This document shows, in pieces, positions 1 to 10,030 of a stretch of 64,000 nucleotides of DNA. The DNA is taken from positions 4,736,001-4,800,000 of the forward strand of contig OZ244065.1 of assembly GCA_965215505.1 (NCBI GenBank), in the 5' to 3' direction. Numbering within the stretch: the first letter of the stretch is position 1; each line of letters starts with the position of its first letter. The stretch is from Capsulimonadaceae bacterium. Its GTDB lineage: Bacteria > Armatimonadota > Armatimonadia > Armatimonadales > Capsulimonadaceae. Made by a program: the position numbers and the translations under genes. The notes under the pieces are model-generated. The model was not told the origin of the DNA, did not search any database, and saw only the letters and a list, made by a program, of their open reading frames with translations.

Positions 1-521
1 TGCAGCAGCAGACCGGTCCGGTAGCCGCTGACGTACACGTCCTCGTAGCCGTCGTTGTCGTAGTCGCCGACCGCGCACCCCAGGAAGTGCCCGCGCAGCC
101 GGTCCAGTCCGGCCTGACGGGACACGTCGGCGAAGTGGCCGCGCCCGTCGCCCTTGAAGAGGGCGAGGCGGTCCGCCCCGATCAGCAGGACGGAGAGGTG
201 GCCGGAGTTGTCGTAGTCGAGGAGGGCGCAGCCGTTGCCGATGGTCTGGAGGATGTCGAGGGGGCGGGGTCCGGGGATGGCCCAGCGGTAGCGCAGGCCC
301 GCATTGGCCGCCACATCTACGAAGAGCGCCTTCGCCTCGCCAACGCTGCCGACGGCCGCCGCCCCGGTCGGGGCGCTCGGCGGCGTCTTGTGGGTCGCGA
401 GCCAGGAGCCGGGCCGGGGGGGGCCGAGGTGGTGCGGGGTGGCGGCCTCTTCCTCCGGCCCGCAGCCCGCCAGGAGCAGGAGGAGCAGAGGAAGGAGCCG
501 GCTAAGGCTCCTGGACGACAC
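1..521 (-). CDS. CRTAC1/ASPIC-UnbV-like FG-GAP repeat lipoprotein (runs off the window start)
   Basis: Manual translation from GTG at 521 gives the lipobox LLAGC, then FVDVAANAGL, GCALLDYDNSG and GCAVGDYDNDGYEDVYVS FG-GAP motifs; overlaps the stop of the upstream paralog. Confidence 0.75.
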   Translation of the reverse strand, partial: MSSRSLSRLLPLLLLLLAGCGPEEEAATPHHLGPPRPGSWLATHKTPPSAPTGAAAVGSVGEAKALFVDVAANAGLRYRWAIPGPRPLDILQTIGNGCALLDYDNSGHLSVLLIGADRLALFKGDGRGHFADVSRQAGLDRLRGHFLGCAVGDYDNDGYEDVYVSGYRTGLLL

Positions 522-2319
522 GCAGTTTGTCTGTCTGTAGCGCCGAAGCGGGGAGGGTCTGCGCGGCCCGGCCGTCGGGCCAGCGGATGACGGCCTTTTC
601 AAGCTGCGCGTTCTTGCCCAGGCCGAAATGCAGGCGGTGGTCGTTCTGGGCGCAGAAGCCGCTGGCCGCCGTGACCTGCTGGAGCTGCGACACCTCCCCG
701 CCCTTGTCGTCCTTCCAATAGAGCCGCACCGACGCGCCCACGGCGTCGCGGTTGGCGTGCGTCCCGACAAGCTCGAACCCGGCCCACTGCCGGCCCGGCG
801 CGACCGTGTTCTTGTAGAGCAGCAGCGGCCCGCGCTGTGTCGCCACCAGGATGTCCAGAGCGCCCGTGTTCCACAGGTCCGCCTCGGCCACCGCCCGCCC
901 GTCGTGCGTGTCGCCGACCCCGACCGCGCCGGCCACGTCCTTGAAGGTGCCGTAGCCGTCGTTCAGCCAGACGTGTTTGCGCTCGTACCCGGACAGGCTC
1001 ATGTCGTGCATCGGCGGCCAGTTCTGAGCATCTGAAATGACACCGCCGTTCGCGCCCGCGATTTTGCCGTAGTCGTACCAGTAGCTCTTGTCGGGGCTGG
1101 CCGAGACGTAGCCGTTGGTCAGGAACAGGTCCAGAGTGCCGTCGTTGTTCAGGTCCCCGAACTGCGCCCCGAAGCTCCACCCGCCCATCTCGACCTTCGC
1201 CACGGTGGCGATGTTGTCGTAGTGCAGCCGGGACGGAGGACCCGACGGCATCCACAGGTTGTTGCCCTGGACCAGATTGCCCGGTGCGCTGATGTTGGTG
1301 ATGTAGAGGGCGAACCGGCCCGAGTTCTGGACGTCGCCGAAGGACAGGCTCATGCCGCTCTTGGCCTGGTAGCCGACGTTCGCGCTGTTGCCGATCTCCC
1401 GGAAGCTTCTGCCCCCGTCGTTCGCGTAGATCTCGGCCGCGCCGTAGTCGTTCGCCAGCACGATGTCCTGGAAGCCGGTCCCGCGCAGGTCCGCCGTCCC
1501 GCAGGCCAGTGTCCAGCGCTGGTCCCCGCCCAGGCCCATCTTCCGGGTCACGTCTTCAAACCTCCCGCCCCCGACATTATGCAGCAGGTATTTGTGGCCC
1601 CCGTTGTTTGCGAACTCGAAGGACGACGGCATCATGCGCGTATTCTTCAGGTGCCATAAATCCACGTCCTCCGGGTAGTAGCCGCAGATCAGCAAATCCA
1701 GTTTGCCGTCGTTGTCGTAATCCACCCAGGTCGCGCTGTTGGCATTCACCCAACGGGGCAGGCCCGCCGAGCCGGTGACGCGCGTGAATCCCTTGCCGCC
1801 GTCGTTGTGGAACAGCTCGGGCCGACCCCACTTGTAGACCAGCAGGTCCGGGTAGCCGTCGTTGTCGTAGTCGCCCCAGACCGCGCCCATGCATGCCCCC
1901 GTGTCCGGCTTGTTCAGGTCGGCCACGCCCATCTTCTCGGCGACATCGGTGAACGTGCCGTCGTGGTTGTTGTGGTACAGACGGTTCTGGCTGCCCTCGG
2001 CGCTGTTGGTGACGTAGATGTCCGGCCAGCCGTCCTTGTCGAAGTCGGCGACCGTGACCGAGGCCCCCATCGAAGCCACCTGCGGCATGATGTGGGCCAG
2101 CTTGGAATCGAGCGTGGGGGCCTCATGCGTGAAGTCAATCCCGCTCTTGTGGGCAACTTCTTGCAGCGTGAACCCGTAGTTCCTGATCGCATCAGGGCTT
2201 GCCACCAGCCCCGGCCCGCCAATATCCGGCGGGACCACGCGGCGGTTCAGCGCGGCGACTGACACGAGCAGGGCGACGAGGATGACGGCTAGGAGCGGTT
2301 GTGGTATGCGGCTTTGCAT
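502..2319 (-). CDS. CRTAC1 family protein (FG-GAP repeats + ASPIC/UnbV C-terminal domain)
   Basis: N-terminal hydrophobic segment, repeated D[F/Y]DxDGxxD motifs, C-terminal GFCAQNDHRLHFGLG...IRWPDG. Confidence 0.9.
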   Translation of the reverse strand: MQSRIPQPLLAVILVALLVSVAALNRRVVPPDIGGPGLVASPDAIRNYGFTLQEVAHKSGIDFTHEAPTLDSKLAHIMPQVASMGASVTVADFDKDGWPDIYVTNSAEGSQNRLYHNNHDGTFTDVAEKMGVADLNKPDTGACMGAVWGDYDNDGYPDLLVYKWGRPELFHNDGGKGFTRVTGSAGLPRWVNANSATWVDYDNDGKLDLLICGYYPEDVDLWHLKNTRMMPSSFEFANNGGHKYLLHNVGGGRFEDVTRKMGLGGDQRWTLACGTADLRGTGFQDIVLANDYGAAEIYANDGGRSFREIGNSANVGYQAKSGMSLSFGDVQNSGRFALYITNISAPGNLVQGNNLWMPSGPPSRLHYDNIATVAKVEMGGWSFGAQFGDLNNDGTLDLFLTNGYVSASPDKSYWYDYGKIAGANGGVISDAQNWPPMHDMSLSGYERKHVWLNDGYGTFKDVAGAVGVGDTHDGRAVAEADLWNTGALDILVATQRGPLLLYKNTVAPGRQWAGFELVGTHANRDAVGASVRLYWKDDKGGEVSQLQQVTAASGFCAQNDHRLHFGLGKNAQLEKAVIRWPDGRAAQTLPASALQTDKLRVVQEP

Positions 2320-2375
2320 GAATCTGTTCTAAGCGCCGGGTGCGGCGCGCGGCGCGGTGGAAAAGGCTGCCCGCG

Positions 2376-2654
2376 TCAAGAGGGCACTGTTTCGCGCGGG
2401 CCTGCTTCCTGCAAGCCGGCGACGGTGTGTTCCGATCCGATGGCACGGAGTTGACCCGCTGGGGACCACCCCGCAGGCGGCAGAATACGGCGGCTATGCC
2501 ACTTCGCCCCTCCATCGAGCCACCTGTTCCTCAACTCGGTATGGCTGAACAGACTGTCGTGGTGGCCGAACTGGGTGCCGCAGCAGACACAGATCATGCT
2601 GTCTTGGACCTGCTCGCCGAAATCATATCCGCAGACCAGGCACAAGTTGTTCAT
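2376..2654 (-). CDS. small hypothetical protein with two CxxC motifs (putative zinc ribbon)
   Basis: MNNLCLVCGY...ICVCCGTQFG; start chosen at ATG 2654. Confidence 0.6.
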   Translation of the reverse strand: MNNLCLVCGYDFGEQVQDSMICVCCGTQFGHHDSLFSHTELRNRWLDGGAKWHSRRILPPAGWSPAGQLRAIGSEHTVAGLQEAGPRETVPS

Positions 2655-2690
2655 GGAGGCATCCATCACCAGAGCGGCGACAAGACTTGC

Positions 2691-2867
2691 CACGGGTTGG
2701 AACCCGAGGCACCGAAAAGCCCCGCCTCCAGGGGACGCAAGAGACAGGAAATACGCGCGTAGGGGCGGGGTCCCCCCGCCCTCCCGTCTTATCCGTTTCC
2801 TTGCCTGGACTTGTCTCGCGTCCCCTGGACGCTGGGAACTTGGCAGCCTCGGGTTTCAACCCGTGGC
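2691..2867. repeat. inverted pair of REP-like elements (GGGTTTCAACCC-hairpin family) with a GTAG-type REP at 2759-2781 between them
   Basis: 2691-2750 is an imperfect reverse complement of 2810-2867; a further copy lies at 22435-22488. Confidence 0.6.
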
Positions 2868-2956
2868 TCTTTGCGGGCGTAACACCATTATAGCATACTC
2901 CCCCGGCTCGCCCGCAGTTCCAGCCCCGTGGCCTACCTCCCTGCTCTGCCGCGACA

Positions 2957-4501
2957 CTACCCCGTCCGCCGCCGCTCCGCCGCCCCCCGCTTCGCCCGCA
3001 GGTGCGGCAGCAGGTCGCGGCCCGGTACGAACTGATACCGGCGCTCCAGCATCGCCGCCAGCCGCCCCCGCGCGGGCAGGTCGCTCCCGTCGGCGGCCCC
3101 GTCCAGGCACGGACTCGGGCCGAGGATGCCGTCACGGCGCAGCGCTTCCAAAGCATCCCCCCACTGCTTGATCACCTTGCCGGGGTTCGTCCGCGCCGTC
3201 TCCTCCCACGCTACCTGCCCGCCGCTCAGGACCGTCCGCATCTTGAGCGGGTGCTGCGGCGTGACCAGCGTGCGCGTCTTGCCGTCCTTGGTCACGTCCT
3301 GGAATGTCATTTTAGAAGCCTGGTTGTTCATCTGGAAGACCAGATACCAGCCGATCCGCCGCTCCCACCCCTGCCGCTGCAAGTCGTACTCGGCCAGGCG
3401 CTTCAGCGAGACGCCCAGCATCGCCCGTTCGGCCACCAGGGGCCGCGCCCACTCGCCCAGCGACAGCAGATACCCCGCCGTCTCCGGCTCCGACTCGCCC
3501 GCGCCCGCCGTGGGCCGGAAGAAGCGGGACCGCCGAACCAGCAGAGGCCCTTCCGCCACCATCGCCGTCTTCCGGCGACGTCCCGTGTCCGGGTCCGTCA
3601 GCCACAGGTCGGCCGCGCTGCGGGTCTGCATCCGGCCCGAGCAGAGGAATTCCAGACGGGCCGCCACCTGCTCCCGCAGCTCGCGCGAGCGTTTGCGCGG
3701 GTCGGTCCCGCGCCACGCGAAGTAGTCCTCCACCAGCACCGGAAAGGCCGCATCAAAGTCGTCCCCGCCGGTGCGGACATAGAAGGCGCTGACCGCCAGG
3801 GCCGCCACGTCCCAGGTCATCGCATCCAGGAGCGGCTCGCCACCCGACCAGGCCAGCGCGTTCCCGCCCCGGATGCACTCCGCCGCTTCGCGGCCCTGCA
3901 TCTCCGAATCCTGATGACAGGCGGCGAACAGCAAGGCCATCAGGGGCGGCTGCAAGAGGAGGCGGCTGCGGACGCGCGGGGCCGCCAGCGGGGTGGGGGA
4001 GCCGGTCGCCGCCCCCCGCAGCGCCTCGTAGTGAGCCTGATAGGAGGCCGTCACCCGCCCGACGGCCTCGAAATAGCCGTCCCGGATCGCCTCGGACTCC
4101 AGCCAGCGTTCCTCGTCACTCGCCCCCGCGTGCCCCCAAGCGGCGGCCAGGGCGGCGTCGCGCTCCCGCAGCAGATGCTCGCGCTCGGCCAATTCGCCGC
4201 TCTCGCGCATGAGCCGCAGCACCGGCTCGCAGACGCAAAGCTCGTGCAGGCGTGGCAGACGCCCGTCCTGCCCCCGCGCCTGCCGCCCCGGCGGACCCTC
4301 CCACAGATCCCAGGCGCGGCTCCCCGCCACCAGGTCACTCAGCAGGCGGCCCGCCCGCGTCGCCGTCGCGCCGTGTTCGCGCTCCGCCGTCCGCAGGTCG
4401 GCGCGCGAAGGGCTGCCGCCGCCCGATGCGCCGCCCAGGGCGGCCTGGAGCTGCCTCAGCAGCGCCTCGGCGGCCCCTTCGGTGGCAGAAAGCGCGTTCA
4501 T
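2957..4501 (-). CDS. hypothetical protein, possibly replication-initiator/winged-helix-like
   Basis: 514-aa ORF; its ATG overlaps the TGA of the upstream acyl-CoA dehydrogenase (ATGA); fold call is a guess. Confidence 0.6.
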   Translation of the reverse strand: MNALSATEGAAEALLRQLQAALGGASGGGSPSRADLRTAEREHGATATRAGRLLSDLVAGSRAWDLWEGPPGRQARGQDGRLPRLHELCVCEPVLRLMRESGELAEREHLLRERDAALAAAWGHAGASDEERWLESEAIRDGYFEAVGRVTASYQAHYEALRGAATGSPTPLAAPRVRSRLLLQPPLMALLFAACHQDSEMQGREAAECIRGGNALAWSGGEPLLDAMTWDVAALAVSAFYVRTGGDDFDAAFPVLVEDYFAWRGTDPRKRSRELREQVAARLEFLCSGRMQTRSAADLWLTDPDTGRRRKTAMVAEGPLLVRRSRFFRPTAGAGESEPETAGYLLSLGEWARPLVAERAMLGVSLKRLAEYDLQRQGWERRIGWYLVFQMNNQASKMTFQDVTKDGKTRTLVTPQHPLKMRTVLSGGQVAWEETARTNPGKVIKQWGDALEALRRDGILGPSPCLDGAADGSDLPARGRLAAMLERRYQFVPGRDLLPHLRAKRGAAERRRTG

Positions 4502-5583
4502 AGCCCGAAGAACGGCGAGATCAACTGGTCCAGCGTGCTGGCCTGGACCTCCGGCGTCAGCACCGCCGTGCCGTAGAACTGCGCCTCGCGCAGAAGCCGC
4601 TGCGGGGCGGACGTGACCAGGTGCGCGCTGCCCCCCGTCGCGATCACGGTCGCGTGGGCCGCCCGCAGGGCCAGGACGTTCGCCGTGGCCCGCGCCCGCA
4701 GCGCGTGAGTCTTGTAATCGGGATGGGCCGCGCAGTCGCACCAGGTCAGCGCCTCGCGCCGGCAGCCGTCGATCTCCAAGGTCAGCGCGAACGCCGTCTG
4801 GCCCAGCGTCTCGCGCCCAGGCCGGGCCGCCAGCTCGCGCAGATAGCGCGCGCAGCCCCGCGCGTTGCCAAGCGGCAGCGCGGCGTGGGTCGTGATGGCC
4901 TTATCATCGGCCACCTTCAGCGCCTCGGCGGGCCGAACGGCCAGCACGCGCTCATCAGGGATGAATAAGTCGCGCACCTCCACTTCAACGGTGTCCGAGG
5001 CCGCCATGACGATCAGCGCCAGTGGGGCGCTCGCCGAGAGCGCCGCCCCGTCCTGTTTCTTATCCACATAGGTAAACAGATGGTCGCCGCCCTCCAGAGT
5101 GGCCCCCAGCGCGAACCCGTCCACCAGCCCCCAGCCGGTGATCCACGGGATGAGGCCGTCCACCCTGTAGCCGCCCGCGACCTCCGCCGCCCGCACGACC
5201 GGCGGCCCGTGACGGCGCAGGTGGGACAGCGCGACCCCGCAGCGCCCTCGCCCCGAGGCCAGCGCGGGCAGCAGTTCGCGCTTCAGGGCCTCGTTCTCGC
5301 CCTCCGCGATGAGCCTGGTCCCCGTCTGGATCTGCTGCTGGGTGAACGCCGTCACTCCGCAAGCCGAAGCCAAAATCTCGGCGTACTCGTGCCGCGTCAC
5401 CGCGTCCGCCCCCAGGCCGCCGTACTCAGTAGGGATTCCCAGCCCGAACATTCCCGCCGCGCCCAGCCGCCGGACATTGTCCGCGACCGGCCCGGCCACG
5501 CCGCCCCGGTCGGCCTCGGCGGCGCAGGGCCGCAGGAACTCGTCGGCGATCTGCCATACGGCATGCAGCAGTTCTCTATCCAT
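4498..5583 (-). CDS. acyl-CoA dehydrogenase-family flavoprotein
   Basis: GMFGLGIPTEYGGLG, YRVDGLIPWITG, GGSAH...PQRLLREAQF. Confidence 0.85.
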   Translation of the reverse strand: MDRELLHAVWQIADEFLRPCAAEADRGGVAGPVADNVRRLGAAGMFGLGIPTEYGGLGADAVTRHEYAEILASACGVTAFTQQQIQTGTRLIAEGENEALKRELLPALASGRGRCGVALSHLRRHGPPVVRAAEVAGGYRVDGLIPWITGWGLVDGFALGATLEGGDHLFTYVDKKQDGAALSASAPLALIVMAASDTVEVEVRDLFIPDERVLAVRPAEALKVADDKAITTHAALPLGNARGCARYLRELAARPGRETLGQTAFALTLEIDGCRREALTWCDCAAHPDYKTHALRARATANVLALRAAHATVIATGGSAHLVTSAPQRLLREAQFYGTAVLTPEVQASTLDQLISPFFGL

Positions 5584-5589
5584 AACCTG

Positions 5590-5618
5590 ATGATAACATA
5601 ACCCCCCGTTTTCGTCAA
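5590..5618 (-). promoter_or_regulatory. sigma70-type promoter, likely giving a leaderless mRNA
   Basis: Minus strand reads TTGACG-17 nt-TATCAT with an extended TG, 6 nt before ATG 5583. Confidence 0.6.
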
Positions 5619-5818
5619 CAAGCCACTTTGCCGGGTGTAGGACTTTTCACCTCACATCCGCCCCCGTTCACCTGATGTCCGGCGGCTGCACCCTGACTAC
5701 ACGAGCAACGGGCGCGGCGGCCCGTCAAGGAGTTCAAGGCGTGGCCTCCGGCGCGGGACTCCCGGCGCGCATTTCGTGATATGATGCGGGACACGCCGAA
5801 GTATCAGGAGATGAACCC

Positions 5819-6880
5819 ATGTATCGCCTACCGCTCCCCCCTCTGCCGCTCCTCGGTCTGCTGTGCGCCGCCGCGCTCCTGCCCGCGCCGCGCACCGCCG
5901 CGCAGGCCCCCGCCCCGACCGCCCCGGAAGCGACCTACCGCATCCACCACACGCTCACCGTCCGGGACATCCCGGCGGGGACAAAAAAGGTGCGCCTCTG
6001 GTTCTGGCTGCCCCAGGAAGACGAGGCGCAGAAGGTGCTGGACTTCACCGTCGCCCAGGCGCCGGCCGGCTTCCGCACGGAAGTAGACCCCGCGACGGGG
6101 ACGACCTACCTTTACGCCGAAGTTGACCGGCCGCAGGCCGCCGCGATCGCCGTCTCCACCGACTTCACCCTCTGCCGGCGCGTGACGGCGACCGCGCTGG
6201 ACCCCCAACGGGCCGGGCCGCTGACCGACCGGCACCGGGCGGCCTTCGCCGACGATCTGCGGACGGACGTCCCGCACATGGTCGTGGACGCCAAAATGAG
6301 GGCGCTGGCCGACCGTCTGTGCGGCTCCGAGACCAACGTCGTCCGCCAGGCGCGGCTGCTGTACGACTATGTGGTGGACAACACCCAGCACTACTCCAAG
6401 AGCGCCACCGCGCCCAAGTCGTCCAACCTGGGCGACGCGGAATACTGCCTGGCGAGCGGCGGCGGGGCCTGTACCGACCTGCACTCCCTGTTCGGCGCGC
6501 TGGCCCGCGCGCGGGGCATCCCCACCCGGATCTGCTTCGGGTCACTGCTGAAGGCGCAGAACGAGGGCAAGGAGACCGACCCCGGCTACCGCTGCTGGGT
6601 GCTGTTCTTCGTCCCCGGCTACGGCTGGACCCCCGCCGATCTCGCCGCCGCGAACCTCGCCCCGGAGAAGAAGGACTTCTATTTCGGCGGCCTGGACTCC
6701 CGCCGCGTCCTGTTCTCGCGCGGCCGTGACCTGACCCTGGCACCGAAGCAGGACGGGCCGCCGGTCAACCTGTTCATTCGCGCCTATGTGGAGGTAGACG
6801 GAGCGCCCTACACGAGTTTCGACCGGAAGATGACGTTCGTCACGCAGCCGGCCCCGGCACTCGCCTCGGCGGCCCGATGA
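5819..6880 (+). CDS. secreted transglutaminase-like domain protein
   Basis: Signal peptide; GACTDLHSLFGALARARGIPTR core with catalytic Cys; CW...GYGWTPAD. Confidence 0.85.
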   Translation: MYRLPLPPLPLLGLLCAAALLPAPRTAAQAPAPTAPEATYRIHHTLTVRDIPAGTKKVRLWFWLPQEDEAQKVLDFTVAQAPAGFRTEVDPATGTTYLYAEVDRPQAAAIAVSTDFTLCRRVTATALDPQRAGPLTDRHRAAFADDLRTDVPHMVVDAKMRALADRLCGSETNVVRQARLLYDYVVDNTQHYSKSATAPKSSNLGDAEYCLASGGGACTDLHSLFGALARARGIPTRICFGSLLKAQNEGKETDPGYRCWVLFFVPGYGWTPADLAAANLAPEKKDFYFGGLDSRRVLFSRGRDLTLAPKQDGPPVNLFIRAYVEVDGAPYTSFDRKMTFVTQPAPALASAAR

Positions 6881-7043
6881 TTTTCACTTCGCGTCCGATT
6901 TCGTTCACCTGGCGTCAGCAAACATACCGGACGCCCCTTCTGTACGGGCCGCTCTCGTGCCTCTAAGGACTCTGACGGCCGCCGCGCCCACCCCTGGCGC
7001 GGCGGGCGGACCCGTGCTAAACTACAGCATCAAGGAAATCGTC

Positions 7044-7586
7044 ATGGCACACATCACACTCCCCGAAGGCGTCCCCGGCATCGGCGGGCCGCTGAGACAG
7101 TACCCCGAGACGGCCCAGCACCTCCTGGGGCTGGCGCAGGCCCTCCTGCGCGGGCCGTCGTCACTGACGGAGGCCGAGCGAGAGGTCATCGCCACCTACG
7201 TCTCGTCCCAGAACGGCTGCAACTTCTGTAGGGACTCCCACGGCGCGGCGGCCCGCGCCCTGCTCGGGGACGAGGCCCACATCGTGGACTCGGTAAAAGC
7301 CGACTTCGAATGCGCCCCCGTCAGCGAGAAGCTGAAGGCGCTGCTGGCCATCGCCGGGAGAGTCCAGCAGGGCGGGCGCACTGTCTCCGATGGGGACGTG
7401 GCACGGGCCAGGGCAGCCGGGGCCGACGACAAGGCCGTCCACGACACCGTCCTCATCGCCGCCGCCTTCTGCATGTACAACCGCTATGTGGACGGCCTGG
7501 CGACGCCGACGCCCACCGACCCCGCCGACTACGACCGCATGGGCGTCGCCCTGGCCCGCCACGGCTACGGGCGCGGCGCCCAGTAG
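7044..7586 (+). CDS. AhpD/carboxymuconolactone decarboxylase family peroxidase-related protein
   Basis: EREVIATYVSSQNGCNFCRDSH (CxxC...H); RBS AAGGA upstream. Confidence 0.85.
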   Translation: MAHITLPEGVPGIGGPLRQYPETAQHLLGLAQALLRGPSSLTEAEREVIATYVSSQNGCNFCRDSHGAAARALLGDEAHIVDSVKADFECAPVSEKLKALLAIAGRVQQGGRTVSDGDVARARAAGADDKAVHDTVLIAAAFCMYNRYVDGLATPTPTDPADYDRMGVALARHGYGRGAQ

Positions 7587-7610
7587 AACGAACCGACAAG
7601 GAGCAGACCC

Positions 7611-7811
7611 ATGGCGACGACACGGCAGCACTCACAGGCAAGCGCCCGGCAGGAAGAGGCCCGGAAGTGTCGGCAGACGATGCAGCGCCTCCTCGGCAGC
7701 CTCGCCGTCCACCTGCCCGCCGAACACCCCTCGTTCCGGTCGGCATTCCTGCTGGAATACCAGCGCGCCGCGAAGGCGAACACACCCAGACAACGCAAAG
7801 GAGCATCCTAG
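7611..7811 (+). CDS. small hypothetical protein
   Basis: AAGGAG RBS; fills the operon gap. Confidence 0.4.
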   Translation: MATTRQHSQASARQEEARKCRQTMQRLLGSLAVHLPAEHPSFRSAFLLEYQRAAKANTPRQRKGAS

Positions 7812-7814
7812 AAC

Positions 7815-8033
7815 ATGGCAGACACGACCAACGACCAACTGCTTCTGGACAACCAGAAGACGATCCTGGCGAACCAGAAGACCATCGAAGCCAACCAGCA
7901 CGACATCAAGGCGAACCAGGAGCAGATCAAGTCTAACCAGGACAAGCTCGACAGCATCCTGAGCAACCAGGAGGAGATCAAGGACAACCAGAAGACGATC
8001 ATCGCCAACCAGGAGAAGATCCTCGCCAAATAA
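7815..8033 (+). CDS. small heptad-repeat (IxxNQxx) coiled-coil protein
   Basis: AAGGAG RBS; host-like codon usage; about eight NQ heptads. Confidence 0.75.
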   Translation: MADTTNDQLLLDNQKTILANQKTIEANQHDIKANQEQIKSNQDKLDSILSNQEEIKDNQKTIIANQEKILAK

Positions 8034-8213
8034 TGGCCGACCCCGGCCAGTCCGGGATCTGGCCCGAAGCCCCGAAGGGGCGGCCCACCGGCGCAGCCGG
8101 GAGTAGACCGGCCCTTCAGGGCCGGTGCCTCTGCCCATCGGGCCGGGGCCTCTGTCTCCGGCTCCGGCACCGCCTCGTGGCGAAGCGCCCCCGTTCTGTG
8201 CTATCATTACAGC

Positions 8214-9062
8214 GTGTCAACACTCACAAACGCGCCCGCCCCGGCGACCGACGCCCCGGCGGCTAAATCCGCACCGACGCAGACCCGCCGGGACATCGCC
8301 GCCCTCGTCCTGCCCCTGGCCGTCCTGCTGGGCGCGCTCGCCCTCTGGGCCGGCATCACCAGCCTGCGCGTCCACGGGCAGCTCCTGGTCCCGACCTACG
8401 GGACGCCCTCGCCGCTCGCCGTCGCACAGGGCGTCCCGGACGAGCTGCACTCGGGGCGGCTGTTCTCGGACACTGTCGCGTCCCTGTTCCGGGTCGGAGT
8501 CGGGTTCGGCCTGGCCGTCGTCCTCGGCATCCCACTCGGTTTGTGGATGGGCGGGCAGCCGCTCGCCCGCGCCGCCTTCCTGCCCGGCGTCAACTTCTTC
8601 CGGTGCCTGTCGCCGCTGGCCTGGTTCCCCTTCGCCATCCTCTGGTTCGGCGTCGGGGACGCCCCGGCGATCTTCTTGATCTTCATGGCCTCGTTCTTCC
8701 CGCTGGCCCTGACTACCATGGCCGCCGTGGCGAACATCCCCGCCGTGCATTTCCGGGTCGCCCGCGACTACGGCTTCCGGGGCCGCGAGCTGCTGACCCA
8801 TGTGACCCTGCCGGCCATCCTGCCCCAGGTCATCACCGCCCTGCGCGTGACCGCAGGCGTCGCCTGGGTGGTCATCGTGGCCGCCGAGATGGTCGGCTGC
8901 AAGGACGGCCTGGGCTACGGCGTGTCCGACGCCAACAACGCCCTGCGGCTCGATCTGGTCGTGCTGTACATGCTCCTCATCGGCGCTCTGGGCGTCACCC
9001 TGGACCGCGTGCTGGCGCAGCTCACCCGCCTGCCCTCCGTCCGCTGGGGCTACGAGCGTTAG
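8214..9062 (+). CDS. ABC transporter permease, NitT/TauT family
   Basis: Multiple TM segments; LPAILPQVITALRV...AWVVIVAAEM...GLGY. Confidence 0.9.
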   Translation: MSTLTNAPAPATDAPAAKSAPTQTRRDIAALVLPLAVLLGALALWAGITSLRVHGQLLVPTYGTPSPLAVAQGVPDELHSGRLFSDTVASLFRVGVGFGLAVVLGIPLGLWMGGQPLARAAFLPGVNFFRCLSPLAWFPFAILWFGVGDAPAIFLIFMASFFPLALTTMAAVANIPAVHFRVARDYGFRGRELLTHVTLPAILPQVITALRVTAGVAWVVIVAAEMVGCKDGLGYGVSDANNALRLDLVVLYMLLIGALGVTLDRVLAQLTRLPSVRWGYER

Positions 9063-9077
9063 AACACGGGTGTTAGC

Positions 9078-9806
9078 ATGACCGACCCGCAAGTGGCCCT
9101 GCGCCTGGACCGCGTTTCGCGCTCGTTCGGGGCCGTCTCCGTTCTGGAAGACCTCTCGCTGACCGTCGCGAAGGGCGAGTTCGTCGTCCTCGTCGGCCCG
9201 TCCGGGTGCGGCAAGAGTACCCTGCTGAACGTGCTTTCCGGCGCGCTGCCCCCCACCTCGGGGGCCGTGGCGGCGGACGGCATCCTGCGGACCGTCTACC
9301 AGCAGGACGGCCTGTTCCCCTGGCTGACCGTCCGGGACAACATCGCCCTGGGCCTGCGGACCCTGCCCGACGGGCCGGAAAAGGCGCGCGAGCTGGACGA
9401 GCTGATGGCGCTCATCCGCTTGGCCGAGTTTGCCGGTCACTATCCGCATCAGCTCTCCGGCGGGATGCGCCAGCGCGTCGAACTCGCCCGCGCCCTCGCC
9501 GGCCGCTCCGACATCCTGCTGCTGGATGAGCCGTTCTCGGCCCTCGACTACCAGACCCGCCTGCGCCTGCGCCGCGAGCTGGCCCGCCTGCTCGCCCAGC
9601 GCCCGCGCACCGTCGTCTTCGTGACCCACGACATCGAAGAAGCCGCCCAACTCGCCGACCGCGTCCTGGTCCTGACCGAGCGGCCCGCCCGCATCCGCAC
9701 CGAGCTTCGGCTGACCACCCCGCGCCCGCGCGACCTGACCCAGCCCGACGTCGTCCAGGCGACGAAGCGGATCATCCATGAACTCGGGCTGGACGAGGCG
9801 GAGTGA
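9078..9806 (+). CDS. ABC transporter ATP-binding protein, NitT/TauT family
   Basis: GPSGCGKS, LSGGMRQR, LLLDEPF, VTHD. Confidence 0.95.
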   Translation: MTDPQVALRLDRVSRSFGAVSVLEDLSLTVAKGEFVVLVGPSGCGKSTLLNVLSGALPPTSGAVAADGILRTVYQQDGLFPWLTVRDNIALGLRTLPDGPEKARELDELMALIRLAEFAGHYPHQLSGGMRQRVELARALAGRSDILLLDEPFSALDYQTRLRLRRELARLLAQRPRTVVFVTHDIEEAAQLADRVLVLTERPARIRTELRLTTPRPRDLTQPDVVQATKRIIHELGLDEAE

Positions 9807-9849
9807 TCCTACCCCCGGCGCGAGCGCGGAGCAACTGCACCCGACCGAC

Positions 9850-9978
9850 CCCTCCCTCGGAGGGAAGGGTGGGTGGCGGAGGCCAGGGCGCGTCTGGTCA
9901 TGCGGCTTCCCGTGACCGGGTGGCCTCTCGGCAATACGGATAAACCTTCATTCACCCACCCTTCCCTCCGAGGGAGGG
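9850..9978. repeat. inverted REP-like pair
   Basis: CCCTCCCTCGGAGGGAAGGGTGGGTG near 9850 and its reverse complement near 9953. Confidence 0.6.
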
Positions 9979-10030
9979 GTCGGCACTTGTGCCGGGGGTA
10001 GGATCAGATCACATCAAAGGAGAAAGCCAC

